Source: Octopus sinensis
Taxonomy: Eukaryota
NCBI RefSeq assembly: GCF_006345805.1
Contig: NC_043014.1
Location: 19,282,001-19,346,000, forward strand
Reading direction: 5' to 3'
DNA length: 64,000 nucleotides
The translations under genes and the position numbers were made by a program. Positions 63,300-64,000 of this stretch are shown in pieces. The stretch's first letter is position 1. Every line of letters starts with the position of its first letter. Under the pieces are notes generated by a model. That model saw nothing but the letters and a program-made list of their open reading frames with translations. It was not told the DNA's origin and did no database searches.

Positions 63300-63904
63300 A
63301 GCAACAAACAAGATGAGGACAAATATCCGTTGAATGTAGATAATGTAAATAATGTAAATAATGCACATAATTCCTCATCTCTTAAATATAGAACTGAAAA
63401 ACGCACTATGTTCATAAATTAGATATTCATCTATATAATCGGTTTTACTTAATGAATCTGATAGTTCACCAAGTATATGATATTGTAATACAGAAAATAC
63501 TCTTAGCATAACACTTCTGTTTCAAAATAGAGTAAAAGCTATACTTAACTGTAGTAAATGTGGCATTGGTGATACAAAAAATCTTTGCAACTGTATAACC
63601 GTTTCCAGTTCGGCAGAGAGAAAAGTAACGGTAACAGCTGATGGTAATACGATGTGATGTTGTATAAGTTCCTGCGTCCCAAACTTTAAAAATAAATTTA
63701 TAATTATCTCTCCGCATTCAAATTTAGGAAATAATAATAAACTACATCCTTAAGTAAATATATCTGAAGTTTAAAAGACAGAAATACCAAATATGACCTT
63801 CAATGTTCAATTAAAAGCGGTGCTTTACCGTATACAAATGATAATCTTAAATGCGTCCTGTATCTTGAAGAAATAATTGATTAAACCGAGGAATGCGGAA
63901 ATGA

Positions 63905-64000
63905 AGTAGCGATAAAATACTCTTTTGCTCTTTTACTCTTTTACTTGTATCAGTCATTTGACTGCGGCCATGCTGGGGCACCGCCTTTAGTCGAGCAAAT
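63905..64000 (-). mobile_element. SINE family B 3' end (cut by window edge)
   Basis: ctcttttactcttttacttgtatcagtcatttgactgcggccatgctgg... Confidence 0.85.

Larger units (their letters stand above)
62637..63396 (-). mobile_element. PLE fragment (same family as 18210-19121) with inverted pLTR and 14-bp TSD
   Basis: aaaaacgcactatg at 62623-62636 and 63397-63410. ORF tail EAAHM...LLSRQSADMSSIWEPVLRK; tRNA-like head 62766-62837; inverted repeat segment 63250-63396. Confidence 0.9.

Overview
AT-rich, microsatellite-dense eukaryotic DNA. The SINE families and (TA)n/(GATA)n/(CA)n density look like an Octopus/cephalopod genome; this is recognition from memory, not a database hit. The only clear host genes are three related class A (rhodopsin-like) GPCRs with uninterrupted ORFs, all on the minus strand (25188-26105, 38319-39329, 58021-59034). 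They share NFxxY, T6.48 and a conserved charged pocket (D2.60-K2.61, D/E3.32, K5.38, H7.39, Y7.43). The rest is mostly transposable elements: many tRNA-derived SINEs, a decayed near-full-length RTE LINE, a Tc1, a mariner, a Helitron-like element, a MITE and an ORF1-only L1/Tx1-like element. The most unusual signal is a set of minimal type I hammerhead ribozyme (HHR) motifs from at least four distinct repeat families. One family is a Penelope-like element (GIY-YIG remnant) whose 3' repeat carries a tRNA-like Pol III head followed by (AAT)n and the hammerhead. That unit also occurs alone, as if mobilised as a SINE. Most short ORFs in the supplied track are microsatellite or antisense artefacts.
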